Below are positions 41,055-53,533 of a stretch of DNA of 64,000 nucleotides, in pieces. Made by a program: the position numbers and the translations under genes. Numbering within the stretch: the stretch's first letter is position 1; every line of letters begins with the position of its first letter. Below the pieces are notes generated by a model, which saw only the letters and a list, made by a program, of their open reading frames with translations, did no database searches and was not told where the DNA came from. The DNA is from Cycas panzhihuaensis. Taxonomy: Eukaryota > Plantae > Cycadophyta. The DNA lies in assembly GCA_023213395.1 (NCBI GenBank), contig CM041465.1:149179741-149243740 (forward strand), read 5' to 3'.

Positions 41055-43631
41055 TGGAAGCACGTCTACGGGATAGCTACCTAACTAATAGGTGTGGTGA
41101 GAGTGGGTGGTGAAATAACTGAAGGGGAGACCTATGAGGAAAGTAATTACCACGCAGAGTGCCCCGTGCACCGGAGCGTGAGTTCAGCATTTGCAATGAA
41201 ATATGGCTACTAACAAGTGATCCTCCAACACTTCGAACAAAGGATGAAGATGCATAGGGCAAACCTGGGTTGACCTAGGGACAGGACCCTCCCACCCTTG
41301 GGTGGCCGGAAGGGGAAGGAGAAGATCCAAGAGAGGTAGATCAAGAGTGTGCCTAAGTAAGCTAACCGGGTACATAAGCAACGCGGGAGGCAAGAAACTT
41401 GTGCAGCTAAGAGGAGAAGAGGAAAGGTGGAGAAGGGGGGTTCCTATAACCTTTCCTATAGATGGCAAATATGTGTGTAATAAAACAAATGAGACATAAC
41501 CAAATACAAGACCGAATTTCCCTTTGATTTTCTAATGTATTAATTACTAAGAAGAAATCAAAAAGGAAGAAAAGCGGTAACAAGGTAGAGTAAGGTGTGC
41601 ACCTAGACCAAGGGTGTGTGTGACGAAGGCCTTCTCGAAGGGCATCAAGCTACTCCATGCGGCACGTTGGATGTGGGATGTTGCAGCGAATTGAAAAGGG
41701 GCTCCCTTACCTTCCCTGAAAAAAAATACCAAGTACAATGCCAAGGAAAAAAGGAAGCAAATGCTAGTAGATGAAGAAGTATGAAAGTACAATGTATGTG
41801 AGGGCACTTACCGGCGACGGAGCTAACGGACAATAACCTCCATGCTCCCCAAGTACCTACAAGCAATGGCAACCTCTACCTTCCCCGAGGAAGGATACTA
41901 ACATGCAATACAAGATTCCATAATATATGTCTAAAAAGTACAAATGTGAACCTAAATACACATATGTTAGTATCAATCCAACGATGAAAGTATGCAAAAG
42001 AGAGTAATCCAAGCAAAGGTAAATGATTGGTAAGCCTCGGAGTAGCCCACCTCCCGCAAATGACACCCTAACCTCCCCCCAAGAGCCACAATGCAGTGAG
42101 GGCAAGGCCAAGAGCAAGGGCTGGAAACGGCAACAAGGAGGCAAAGAGGGGCCAAGGAAAACCTACGGCGAACTGGGATGCTATGAGGAGCAAGCCAGGC
42201 AGCCGGGAAGAAAGTTAGGCAAAGACTAGCGGTTGGGACTTATGTAAGTTGCCCAAACCTGAACCAAACCCTTCAAATCAGCGCTTCAACTTGTGCCAGC
42301 GCTGATTTCAGTGGCTAAAAGAGGGCCAACAAACCCTCGTTTGCGTGCCAAGGACAACACAGGGTGAGAGGGAGGATTTGGGGGGCTTAGAGCCGCTTAG
42401 GGAGCGTGGAAGGTGGTACGGAATCCACCCAGCTCCTTCCCAAAGCCTATGCCAACCCTCAACGCCATTGCCTTGAGTAGCAAATGCAGGTAAGAGGCAC
42501 AAAGACAGTGGAAAAATGGCCCACTAAAAAGAAAAGAACCAAACTCACAAGGACAAGCAAGGAGCAAGCAAGATGGAGCATTAATGTCACAAGAAAAACC
42601 ATGTAAATCAAGAAATACCTAAGTGTGGGAGGCAAGAGGCTTGCCTCAGCCAAAGCAGAGTGAAGAGAGGGCCGAGGAATCACCAGATCTGGCATGAGGG
42701 TTTGGGGCCCTACTAAGGAGGTTGGAGGGGAAACACCTGCACTTAGAGCACTTGTGGACTACTTGGGCAAAGATCTACTAGAACCATTCCAAGGGGCCCT
42801 CTCCAAGGTGCATGAGGGGCTGGGAGAATGTCCTAGCCATACCAAAGGAGAGCAGGGCACTGTAGGAGGGACGCAGGTCCTATGATAGCAGTAGAGCAGT
42901 AAGGAAGAACAGAGCATAGCCGTGTTTCCTTGAGGAGCAATTCAAGAATGAGCCAAAAAAAAAAAAAAAGAGTAATTCATGCCTTAAATAGCCAACCTAA
43001 ACCCTAAAGTGAGTGATTAGGGCGCGGCTGGGAGAGAGTCAAGTCGCGAGCCACGTGGTAGTTTTGCAATAAATGCAAAATTGCCACGGCGAATTTTTAA
43101 AAATAAAATAGAACAGTCGTACCGCTGCAAACTCTGTGGTACTGCCAATATTTCAGCGGTACTGCGAAAATTCTGGCGGTATGAACCCAGAGACCAAAAT
43201 AGGCAGCTTGACTGGGTCAGGCGAATGACAAAAAGGACCAATGGGGGGCTGAGACACCTACCCGAGGGTAAACAAACCATCAAACGGTCTAAAGGAGCAA
43301 AAATAAGGCTCAAAGAATGTGGCAAGTCAACCAAAAGATGACGGGTCATCACACGGGAGGAGGTGGTGCAAACCTAGTGGGTCTTGAATCGAGAAGGGCA
43401 GATGCGGGAAGTGAAGTGGCCACCAGGGTGCCACACTCGCTGGGAGTGTGCCCCTACTATAGTCATCATAGGCTAAAATAAGTGTGGACGATGACAAAGT
43501 TACCCACAAAGCCACACACATGCAGACATGTAAGCAAACACTCATCAAAAGAAAGCGATGACAATGCGAGACACATACCTGCACTTACCTGAGTCAGTGA
43601 TTCCGTATCCATTCCCGGAAGTCGGGAAACA
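41055..43631 (-). mobile_element. Solo LTR (2577 bp, relatively GC/CpG-rich and so probably young, likely gypsy) inserted in the integrase of E
   Basis: TG...CA ends with a perfect TSD CTTAT at 41050-41054 and 43632-43636. Removal restores AIATTAY|LTSISP. Strand is inferred from a minus-strand TATA-like ctatttaag near 42983-42991. Confidence 0.9.
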
Positions 43632-44215
43632 CTTATCTAACTAGCATAAGCCCTATAGTTGTGGTTAAGAACATTACTCCTAAAGAAGCTTGGTTATGTT
43701 AGAAACCATATGTATCACACTTGAAGATATTTGGATGCACAACATATAAATATGTCCCAAAGGATAATATAAAGAAGCTTAATGAAAAGAGCCTAAAAAT
43801 CCTCTTCCTTGGATATGTACCTAATTATAAAGCCTATAAAGTGTTTGACATGGTTAGAAAGCAAGCTTACACCACTTGGGATATAATATTTAAAGAAGAT
43901 TCACAGGACTTGACTCTACCTCAACCTTAGATTATAGTATTAGAAGAAGTTAGTATTCTTAAGTGACTCTTGGACAAATTTTGGAGCCACTAGTACCAAC
44001 CTGATCTTATACTCTAGGTCCTCTTTTCATTCTTGTAGCATCTTCATCAACCACTTAAGCAAGTATAACCTTGCCTTCAATTTTAGTTATGACCTTTAAG
44101 TGGAAGCCATTAGCTTTCAACCATCTCCTAAGTGTGCACAACATCTCTTAAAGTATGGTTCTCCTCCTACAACAATTATAAAAATGCCTTCCAAAATGAG
44201 ACACTCCATAAATTT

Positions 44216-44633
44216 TGTTATATAACTCATCTTGATAAGTTATATAAAATACTATTACATGGAGAGCTATTAGGATGTTAGGAGATAAGGTTGATTATGG
44301 AACTTCATGCATGAGCTGATAAGCTAGCCAATGGTATGTAAGGTCGTTATGCCACCCAATAGACTGTAAGGCTACTTAGGCCACTAATAGGAGTGAATGT
44401 GAAAGACACTCTTTTATTTATATAAGGGTCATAGATTATAAATGATGGTCAGCTTGATGTAACTATTTTTAAGAATTGTTCTATGGTACTCTCTATTTTA
44501 GTGAATCATTTGGTGCTCTTGTGTTCTTGTGAGATTCTCTATTAATTCTTTTGCCCTATTGGATAGAATGAAGTGGTTGCGATTTGTCATTTTTTTGCTA
44601 TCTTAAGGAGCACTTGTGAGAAGATACATCTCA
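44216..44633 (+). mobile_element. Probable solo LTR (~418 bp) in the IN-RT linker of E
   Basis: TG...CA ends, TATA-like tatataag near 44419 and a degenerate TSD AATTT/AAGTC. Removal restores SINF|ALIAQ, collinear with H near 61621. Confidence 0.65.
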
Positions 44634-46693
44634 AAGTCTGCCTTAATAGCACAGGTCTTTGAATCACTTAAGCCTTTTACGTTTAAGGAGGTAGTTAAAG
44701 ACCAAATGTGGAAAGTAACTATGGATGAAGAAATGAATTCCATCATAAAAAATGACACTTGGAAGCTAATTGAATTGCCACCTAATAAGAAAGTAATTAA
44801 CTATAGATGGTTGTACAAGAAAACATTCCATACAGACAACATTGTAGACTATCACAAATCTCACCTTATAGCAAGAGGTTTCAAATAGCAGGAAGGAATT
44901 AATTATGATGAGGCCCTTGCACCAGTAGATAACATGACCACATTCTATTTGGTTATGTCCTTAGTAGTCTAATTCAAATGGCTTATTTACCAAATGGATA
45001 TAAAGAGTGCTTTCCTCAATAGAGAGCTTAAAGAAGAGGTTTTCTTGAAACAACCCCTCAACTATGTTATTTCAGGGCAAGAACACTTAGTATAAAGACT
45101 TAAGAAAGCCCTTTATAGACTCAAGTAGGTACCACATGCATTGTATACAAAGATAGATGCCTTTCTTAACTAGCATGGATTCAATCATTTACCCTCTAAC
45201 CTAGATCTTTATATTTGGTTTAGAGATAATTTGATCATAATCATAGTTCTCTATGTGGATGATCTTACAATCACTAGAAACAACATAGATGGCATTTATT
45301 AGCTTCAATTAAAATTAAAAAATAACTTTGGGATGACCGATCTTGGGTTTCTCTGCTACTTCCTTGGAATTGAAGTTTGGAAAGAACCATGAAACATCTT
45401 TCTAACTCAAATAAAGTATGCTAAATAGCTCTTGAAAAGATTTAGGATGATAGAATACAAGCTAGCACCAATTCCTATGGAGACAAGAACCAAGCTAAAC
45501 CTAAATGAACAAGGAAAGCCCTTTAATCCTACTTTGTACTGGTTGTTACTTGGGAGCCTCATCTATCTCATCCACACTCGTTAGACATCCCATATGCAGT
45601 AGTGATTTGCTCCAAGTACATGCCACAACCAAAAATATCTCATTAGAAAGCATCTAATAGGATTTTCAAATACATCTATGGCACATATTAGTTTGGCCTT
45701 GAATACAACCAAATTGACTCTCCTATTCTAAAGGGACATGCAAATGTTGATTGAACAGGTTGTTAGGATACTCGCCACTTAATATTAGGCTATTGCTTTG
45801 ACATGAACTCAGTCATAATCTTATGGACTTGTAAGAAGTAGCCAAATGTTACCCTTTCCTCCATTGAAGTAGAAAATAAAGTAATTATCCATGCTACAAC
45901 TGAGTTGATGTGGCTTAAAAGGATTCTCTCTAAGCTTAAGCTTCAACAACATGCATCTACCATCCCTTATTATGATAATTAAAGCATGTTGAAGTTGATG
46001 AAGAATCCTATATTTTATGCTAGAACCAAGCACATTGAGGTCCATCACCACTTCATCTATAAGCATGTCCAAAATAGAGAAGATGATATCATCTATCATC
46101 CTACTGAAGACTAGGTCACTAACATCTTTACCAAAGCACTTGGTAAACTAATATTTAAACAATTTAGACACGACCTCAGCATCAAAAGAAATTAAGCTAC
46201 TATTAAGGGAGGATGTTAAAACTTTGTAATAGCACCATCATTTCCTTATATTTTATGTAATCTCATGTACATATTGTAATAGTTAGGTGACCCTGGATTC
46301 CCAAAGATAATTATGCAAACATCTGATAAAACCACATTGTATTCTATATCAACAATGAAGGTAAGAAGACAGGGGCTTTGCAGGATCCAGAACAGAGCGG
46401 GAGATGGGAGATACTTGCACTGCATGTGCATGTAGAGCTAGAGGAAGGCAGATCTGAGGCCTAGGCAGAGCGGTGCTGGAGTATAGTCGAAAGAGGGCGG
46501 CTCTTTGGTATTGGAATGATGCTGATTTTCTCAGCAAAGGTGGCCTTAGGTTTTCTGTAGACTCAGAAGATTTTCCTGCTCAAGACTGGCATCTCAGAAG
46601 ATTAGCCAAAGAGAATCAGGGCTTATTGACAAGTTTAATGGTGAGCCTATGCTGTTTTTGCTGTTTGTTTAAGCTTTTCTTTTTGAAGCCCAT

Positions 46694-48146
46694 ATGATGC
46701 AGACACCTTTGAACCAGTCTCAGTCCTCTCCTTCCAGGAGGACTTACCTTGAAGTATTAAGAACTGGAAATAATGAGGAATAAGATTTATCCCCTGTCAA
46801 AACTAGAAACAGATACAAACTCTCGATACCGAAAGAAGTTACTGAAAAAACCATTCAAGATCGGAATATAGTCCAGTAGCGTGTTCTCAGGTTCAAGGCC
46901 AGGTCTGGACATTATCAGGGAGTGGATCAGGAACAAATGGAAGACCAAAAACCCTGTCCAAGTTATGTCTATGCCTAAGGGGTGCGTCCTCTTTAGGTTT
47001 TTAAGCCAGGAGGATATGATTCCCATTTTGATGAAGTCCCCTTGGATGTTTGGGCGAAAGGCCATGCCATTGGAGAAATGGCATCCTGATTTTGACCCAG
47101 GCATCCCTGTGGTTAAACAAGCTCCGGTTTGGGTTCAACTTCCTGGGCTCCCCCTATACTTTTGGAATCTGGAGACGGTCAAAGGGACGGCCAAAATGAT
47201 AGGGCCTCTTTTAGCCTGGGATTCAGCTACAAAACACAGATCTAGATTGATGAATGCCAGATTTTGTGTTCTGGCTAAGCTAGACAGCGAGCTTCCGGTG
47301 GAGATAGAGCTTGAGTCGGATGGTAGATCTATCATCCAAGGTTTATATTATGAGGTGGAGTCTTTGAGGTGCTCAAAAAATAGGGGTCATCTCCCCTTTC
47401 AATGCCCTGGGGTTCCATTGAGGGTGGACATTCAAGAGGAAGGGAAGGAGGTAGAAGTTAAGGGGGAGACAACGATGGAAGAAAAGTGTGAACTCAGAGA
47501 GGAGAAAGTAGATAGTGTAGAGGAGGTTTCCCGCAGTGATCGAGGAGGCGGGCAGGCCGCTACTGGGGCTGGCCCCATAGGTAGAGATTCTGAAGATTTG
47601 GAGGTCAACAAGGAAACTCAGGAAGTCGGGGGCAAGGTCCCGATGGAGGAGAAGATGGATAGGGGCATTTCTAAAGGTGTGGAGTCCAAAGGCTTCTCCC
47701 GACTGGTGGATCCTTTGGATCCAAGATGACTGTAGGTGGAAGGGGATCTTCATACCTCAACTGATGAGGAGGCACGTGCCAAGCTTGCCAAGAATATTAA
47801 CTGGGACTTAGAGGACTACTTTTCTGAGTCTGAGGAAGGGGGCCCGAGAGAGCAGAGTCACGAGGAGAGACAAAGTGTCCTGGGTGGTCAAGGAGGAGCA
47901 GGAGGTGGGTTGAAAGGTGCAGATTCAAGTAGAGGAGGGGGTGGAACACATAAATGGGTATAAAAAAGTAACACTTCTGAAGTGAGGAAGGCCCTAGATT
48001 ATGGGATGGAGAAGAAGGTGGGTAGACCCCCTAGAAAAGCCACTAGGGAGAAAGAAACACAAGCCCAGATAGACATGGGGTACCAGAGCACGTTGAAGGA
48101 GGGGGGTACACTTGAAGGCCCTAACCTCAGAAGTAGGAAAGGATGA
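46694..48146 (+). pseudogene. L1 ORF1 (DUF4283-type with a degenerate zinc knuckle), disrupted
   Basis: ORF 46881-47729 contains SPWMFG..LEKWHPDF..PVWVQLPGLP..ARFCV..C...GH..C. Confidence 0.88.
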
Positions 48147-48163
48147 GGGGCGAAGCTTCATTC

Positions 48164-51100
48164 ATGAAAGTCCTCTTATGGAACATTAGGGGGCTAAATG
48201 CCCCGTCAAAGTAGAGATTGGTTAGAGAGCTTAGGATTAGGGTAGAGGCTGACATAGTACTCTTGCAGGAGACAAAGGTGGAGCAGATTAAGGAAGTAGA
48301 GGTGTTTCACAAGATTTGGAGGAAGGGATAGGGGAAGACTAGTGTAGGCTTGGCCGATTCCAGGGGGCTGGCCTCTCTATGGAACCCCAAAAGGTGGAAA
48401 GGGTATGAGGTTTGCAAGAGTGAACACTTCTTAACCGTTGGGCTGGTGAGTGCCTCCACCAACAAGGAGTATTGGATCACCAACATCTATGCTCCTAATT
48501 CGGTTGAGGGAAGGAGGAGATTATGGGAGGGTTTGGTGGAATCCCATAAAGACTGGAAGGGGCCCTGGATGGTGGCGGGGGACTTCAACTCTCCCCTGTG
48601 TCCGGAAGAGAAGAAAGGAGGGCAAGGGGGATGGACTAGAAGTATGTCAGATCTTGGAGCGTTTTTGCAATCGGGTGGCCTGATGGATGTGCCTCTTAGG
48701 GGTGCTAGGTTTACTTGGTCTAATAGGCGGCTAGGTCTCAATCACATTCAATGCAGATTGGATAGGATGGTGATAAACTATGATTGGGCCTGTCATTTTA
48801 AAGGGGTGAAGTTGGAGACCCTCCCGAAAGCTGGGTTGGACCACACGCCCCTCATTTTGGAGGGGTCTGTTCCGTCCTTTTATAAAGGGATGCCATTTCG
48901 ATTTGAACTGATGTGGCAGAAACACCCAGATTTGATAAAAAGCATCTGGGAATGGTGGGGTATCCAGGTGCAGGGTTGTGCCATGTTCAAATTCTCGAGG
49001 AAACTAAGTTGGGTTAAGAAACAAGTTAAAGTTTGGAACAAGGAGGTCTTTGGAAATATCTTTGGACAGAAAGGTCTCCTAGTGGAGGATCTAAAGGGGA
49101 TAGAGGAGAGGATTCAGAGGGAGGGAAGAACCCAAGAACTGGACTATGAGGAGCTCTCAATTTCCAGGAAATATGAGGAGGTGCTGGAAAGGGAGGAAAT
49201 CTTCTGGAAACAGAAGTCCAGAGAGCAATGGATAAAGGAGGGGGATAGGAACACTAAGTTCTTCCATCTATCCACCTTGAGACATAGGGCCCATAACAGG
49301 ATCGATAAGATTCGTAGCAAGGATGGGGTTATGTATGAGGCGGAGGATCAGATTGGGGGTATTGTGATGGACTATTTCAAGGACCTATACACAGAACCAA
49401 GATGTCAGGATCCTGCCCTCAGGGTGGCTCTTCTACAATATCCCGAAAGTGATTACTGAGGAACGGAATAATAAACTGACAGAACCCTTCTCTCAGGAGG
49501 AGGTCGAGGGGGCCTTATTTAAGATGGGTCGTGATAAGGCCCCTGGGCCAGACGGTTTTCCTCCAGGTTTTTTTCAGGAATACTGGGAGATAATCAAGGA
49601 CGATCTGTTGATGGCGCTTAACGAATTTTTCCAAAAGCGTGCAATTCTGAAGGAGTGGCAGGCCACATTCTTGGCGTTGATCCCAAAGAAGGAAGGAGTG
49701 GAAGCCATGGAAGATTTCAGACCGATTAGTCTGTGCAACGTCAAATATAAGATTTTGGCTAAAGTGCTGGGGAACCGCTTAAGAGAGTATCTCCCGGAGA
49801 TTATTTCCCCAAATCAGGACGGGTTTGTGAAAGGTAGACAAATCTCGGACGGTATTATTATTATCCATGAGACCCTGCACTTGACAATGAACCGAAAGGA
49901 AGCGGGGATGATCATTAAAACAGATATGTCCAAAGCCTATGATCGGGTGGCTTGGGACTGTCTGATGGAGTGTCTTGAGGCTTTTGGTTTCAGAGAGGTA
50001 TGGAGGGAGTGGATGAGATGCTGTATCTCCAGAGTTTCCTTCTCGGTAATTATAAATGGAAGGTCGACCCCCTTCTTTGCCGGATCGAGGGGTTTGAGGC
50101 AAGGTGACCCCCTTTCCCCCTTCTTATTCATTATCATGGCTGAAATGTTAGATAGGGCATCGATGGAGGCCCAGAGGGTGGGGAGGATAACAGGCTTGAG
50201 AGCCTCCTCCTATCTAGATAATATTGTGCTTCATCAGTTTGTAGATGACAACATTTTTCTATGCAGAGCCTCAATGGGGGAGGCTAAGGCCTTAAAATTG
50301 GGTTTTCAGGCATATGAAAAGGCTACAAACCAAAAAATAAATTTGAACAAAAGCGCGGTCTTTTTTATTAATATTCCAGAGAGGCTACAGGGAAAGATAA
50401 GCAGAATTTTAGAGATGGATAGAGGCTCTCTCCCCAGCTCTTACCTTGGTATGCCTCTCTTCGTGGGCAAGGTGGGGAAGGAAATGTGGGACCTAGTAGT
50501 AAGCAGGTTCAACAGAAAATTGGCTGGATGGAAAGGGGCCCTCCTCAGTTGGGCTGGGAAAATACAGTTATTAGGGGCTTCTTTGCAGAGTATCCCGGTC
50601 TACCAAATGACGGTCTTTAAAATACCGAGCAAGGTCATCTCTACCTTGGAAGGAGTCATGAAGAGATTTCTATGGTTAGGTGTTGAGGATAAAAGGAGAT
50701 TTCACCTAGTGTCATGGGAAAAGGTATGCAGGCCCAAGTGGGTGGGAGGTCTCAGCGTTAGAAGGCTGGGCTTTTTTAACGAGGCCCTTTTGGCAAAGAC
50801 GGGGTGGAGACTCACTAAAGAGGCTGGATCGGCATGGGGGAAAATCATAGCAAGAAAGTATCTGGGGGATAGTCACTTCCTTCTGGAGGAGGGACTCTGT
50901 TTGGAGGGATCCCAGGTTTGGAGAGCTATCAGGTCCTCGATATCTCTTCTTCATGAAGGTATCTTGTTGGAAGTTGGGGGCTAGAAAGCATCGTGTTGGG
51001 AAGATAGATGGTGCGAGCATTTTAAACTCGAGGAGATGCCTAACCTCGGGGTCTTGAAGAGGGAATGTGTAAGTCACTTTGGTCCCTTTGTCAAGAATTA

Positions 51101-52382
51101 TTGGGTTAGGGAAGGGAAGGATAGGAAGTGGAGATCGTTTGAGGAAGTGCTTGGCTTTGAAGAGGCAATCGCCAGGGTGATAGAGATCTTAGATAACCAG
51201 TATATCCCGAAGAGGTCAGTTCCAGACTCCCTGATATGGCCTTCTTCGTCCTCGGGATTATACACAGTTAAAGTTGGTTATAATCTTAGAATGAGCAGAG
51301 AGGGTTGGGACAGGAATGACTTGTTAGCTGGGGTTTGGAAGATGGGGGTGCTTCCAAAAATTGTAGCCTTCTGATGGTTATGCCTCCAAAATAAATTACT
51401 TACACTGGATAATCTTTCGAAGAGGGGCTTCCATTTGGCGAGTAGATGTGTACTTTGTAAGTTGGTTGCGGAAACCCTGGACCACCTCTGTATTCATTAC
51501 CCCTACTCGGAGGGCATTTGGAGTGCTTTATGGACCGGGATGGGGATAGCTTGGGTCTCTTCGTACTCCCTGGGCGAGCAATGGTTAGCTTGGATTTCTC
51601 CCTTCAAAAGTAAAATCCTTTCTAGACTGTGGAAGATGATCCTTCTGGTAGGCTCCTGGTTCATTTGGAAGGAACGAAACAGGAGGATTTTCGAAGATAA
51701 AGAGAAGGATAGTCAGGTGTTGCTAAAAGAGATCAGAAAAGCCATCTAAAAAATGATGGACGAATTAAAGGAGGATAGGATTCCCAGTGGGGAAGAAGAT
51801 ATTATTAAAGAATGGGGTATAGTTCCCCTGGACGGTGTTAAAACAAGGAGAAGAGATGTTAAGTGGCATCCTCCAAATGCATTATGGGTAAAAGTCAATT
51901 TTGACGGTGCTGCTAAAGGCAACCCCGGTGAGGCGGGAGGGGGAGGTCTATGTAGGGACCATGGAGGCAATCTGAGGTGGGCGTTTGCGGAATACTTGGG
52001 GATTCAATCAAACCAGAGAGCTGAGGTTCGGGCTATGTTAAGGGCCACTATTCTGCTGGAAGAGGAAAGTGGGCAAAAGGTGATATTAGATGGGGATTCA
52101 ATGTACGCTATAAAATGCTTGAGAGGGGAAGTGGATCCTGGATGGGAAAACAACGATATTTTTAGGGATATCCAGGATGTTTTGGGCACCAGAGCTGAGG
52201 TTCATATCCAGCATACTTATAGAGAAGGAAATGCGGTAGCAGATTGGTTGGCAAATTGGGCGGTGATTAATAAGAGAACAAAAGTCTGGAAGGAGGAGTT
52301 CCCAGAGGAGTTACTGAGGGAGGTCGAGGCGGATGCACAGATGGGTGTGGTAACAGGAGAAGAAGATCAGAATTTGGGCTAG
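48164..52382 (+). pseudogene. L1 ORF2 (AP endonuclease, RT, zf-RVT, RNase H), with one frameshift near 49450 and four in-frame stops
   Basis: MKVLLWNIRGLN, GDFN, RLDR, KAPGPDG, KAYDRV, GLRQGDPLSP, FVDD, CVLC..HL..H, KVNFDGAAKGNPG..DGDS..YREGNAVADWLA. Confidence 0.96.
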
Positions 52383-53533
52383 ACCATGGGCCTGTCATGG
52401 TCAGTTTTTCTTAGCCATACGACCTTGATGTACCAGGTTTGGGGACCTAGTTAAAACCCCCTGTAATTCTATTTTACCTTATCAAAAAAAAAATAGTTAG
52501 GTGACCCTTAATGTAATTATATAATGTGGTTAGTTCTATCTCCTTTACCACTTAGTTGGCCTATCATATGTCTTAAATTATTGGTAGATGACCTATAAAT
52601 TAAGAATTACACATTTGTATCTTATATTATCTTATGATTAGTGTGTAAGCTTTACCTGTAAGAGAGCCATATGTGGTGACAAATTCACTCTTAACTTATC
52701 CATTTAAGTTTCCTTTATCTATTTTGTAGGTTTTATTATGTATTATTGTTATTTTGATTGATATTTATGATTAGAGCACATGAATCACTAATCCTAATAT
52801 AATTTATCACATGCTTGCACCCACAGATGTATTAAAACTTAGTGCTTTATTCTTTTAATCATGGGATGTGGGAGTGTTCATTCACTAAAACTTGCACCTA
52901 CACCTTGGGTAATACTTGCATCTATTTAGAAGCTTCACTTGTAAGATATAGGATACAAGAAGGCTTTCACAAGATTTTTTAAATGTTAACTCAAATAACT
53001 TTCTCCTTTACATTATTTAAATAATAGAGATCAAATGGAGCACTTTGATCTAATTGTTAGGACTTATTTGTTAATTCACATCATCCTTTTCAAGCTCTTT
53101 ACTATGAACAACTATGATGCCTTCAACCATCCTAATCTAATGGTTATAACCATCCATTTGTGCTAGCTTTCTTTGGATCTTGTATTCTATGCTTTGTAGT
53201 GTTCCACTTCAATTTATAACTTATGTTGTATGTGATGTAGGAAATGATTAAATAACTCCACAAAAAATTCTAAGGTATAAGCCTTTTCTACCTTCCCTTC
53301 TCCCTTGAATTCTCTAGTCTTCTTAAGGATCCACTTTCAAGTTTCTACCTACCATACAATAACCCTTTCTTGGTCCAAAATTAAAATCTTGTTTAACTAA
53401 TTCTCATTATAAAGAAGAAGTTATTTTAGTTCCCATTATTACTTGGATTATCTTCATACTATAAATATCATCACTAAGTGAAACAAAATAATCTTGTTTA
53501 AAATTTTTGGCATGTACCCTTGAGCAAGTAACA

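Larger units (their letters stand above)
38544..46200 (+). pseudogene. Copia E gag-pol, decayed and interrupted by two solo LTRs
   Basis: Gag NKVWAYING; protease WLLESG..RHM; LWHQCLGNLN; integrase KIFGC..KKLNEKS; RT KNDTWKL and LYVDDL; RNase H ARTKHIEVHHH. Confidence 0.9.
46295..52491 (+). mobile_element. Near full-length plant L1 LINE with RNase H, inserted in the 3' LTR of E
   Basis: Perfect 17 bp TSD AATAGTTAGGTGACCCT at 46278-46294 and 52492-52508, a poly(A) tail, and both ORF1 and ORF2. Confidence 0.97.
36200..52809 (+). mobile_element. Ty1/copia retrotransposon E, nested in the 5' LTR of D
   Basis: 5' LTR 36200-36590, PBS 36591-36602, PPT aagggagga 46205-46213. The 3' LTR is split by the L1 (46214-46294 plus 52509-52809). 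TSD CATAC/CATGC at 36195-36199 and 52810-52814. Confidence 0.95.
20066..53533 (-). mobile_element. Ty3/gypsy Tat-lineage retrotransposon D (gag-PR-aRH-RT-RH-IN), old, with four direct insertions
   Basis: Two ~1.84 kb diverged direct repeats (20066-20247 plus 24614-26274; 35078-36199 plus 52815-53533) both end in ...GTAACA. A PPT (rc of tttggcctcctt) lies at 26275-26286, and gypsy pol motifs lie between the repeats. The left boundaries are approximate, and no TSD or clear PBS was found. Confidence 0.85.

Noticed and set aside
41077-43584. Cluster of 60-110 aa ORFs on both strands
   Set aside because: They lie inside a GC-richer solo LTR, have no motifs, and are expected by chance.
46787-52189. 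Minus-strand ORFs opposite the L1
   Set aside because: They are antisense shadows of the L1 ORF1/ORF2 coding sequence.
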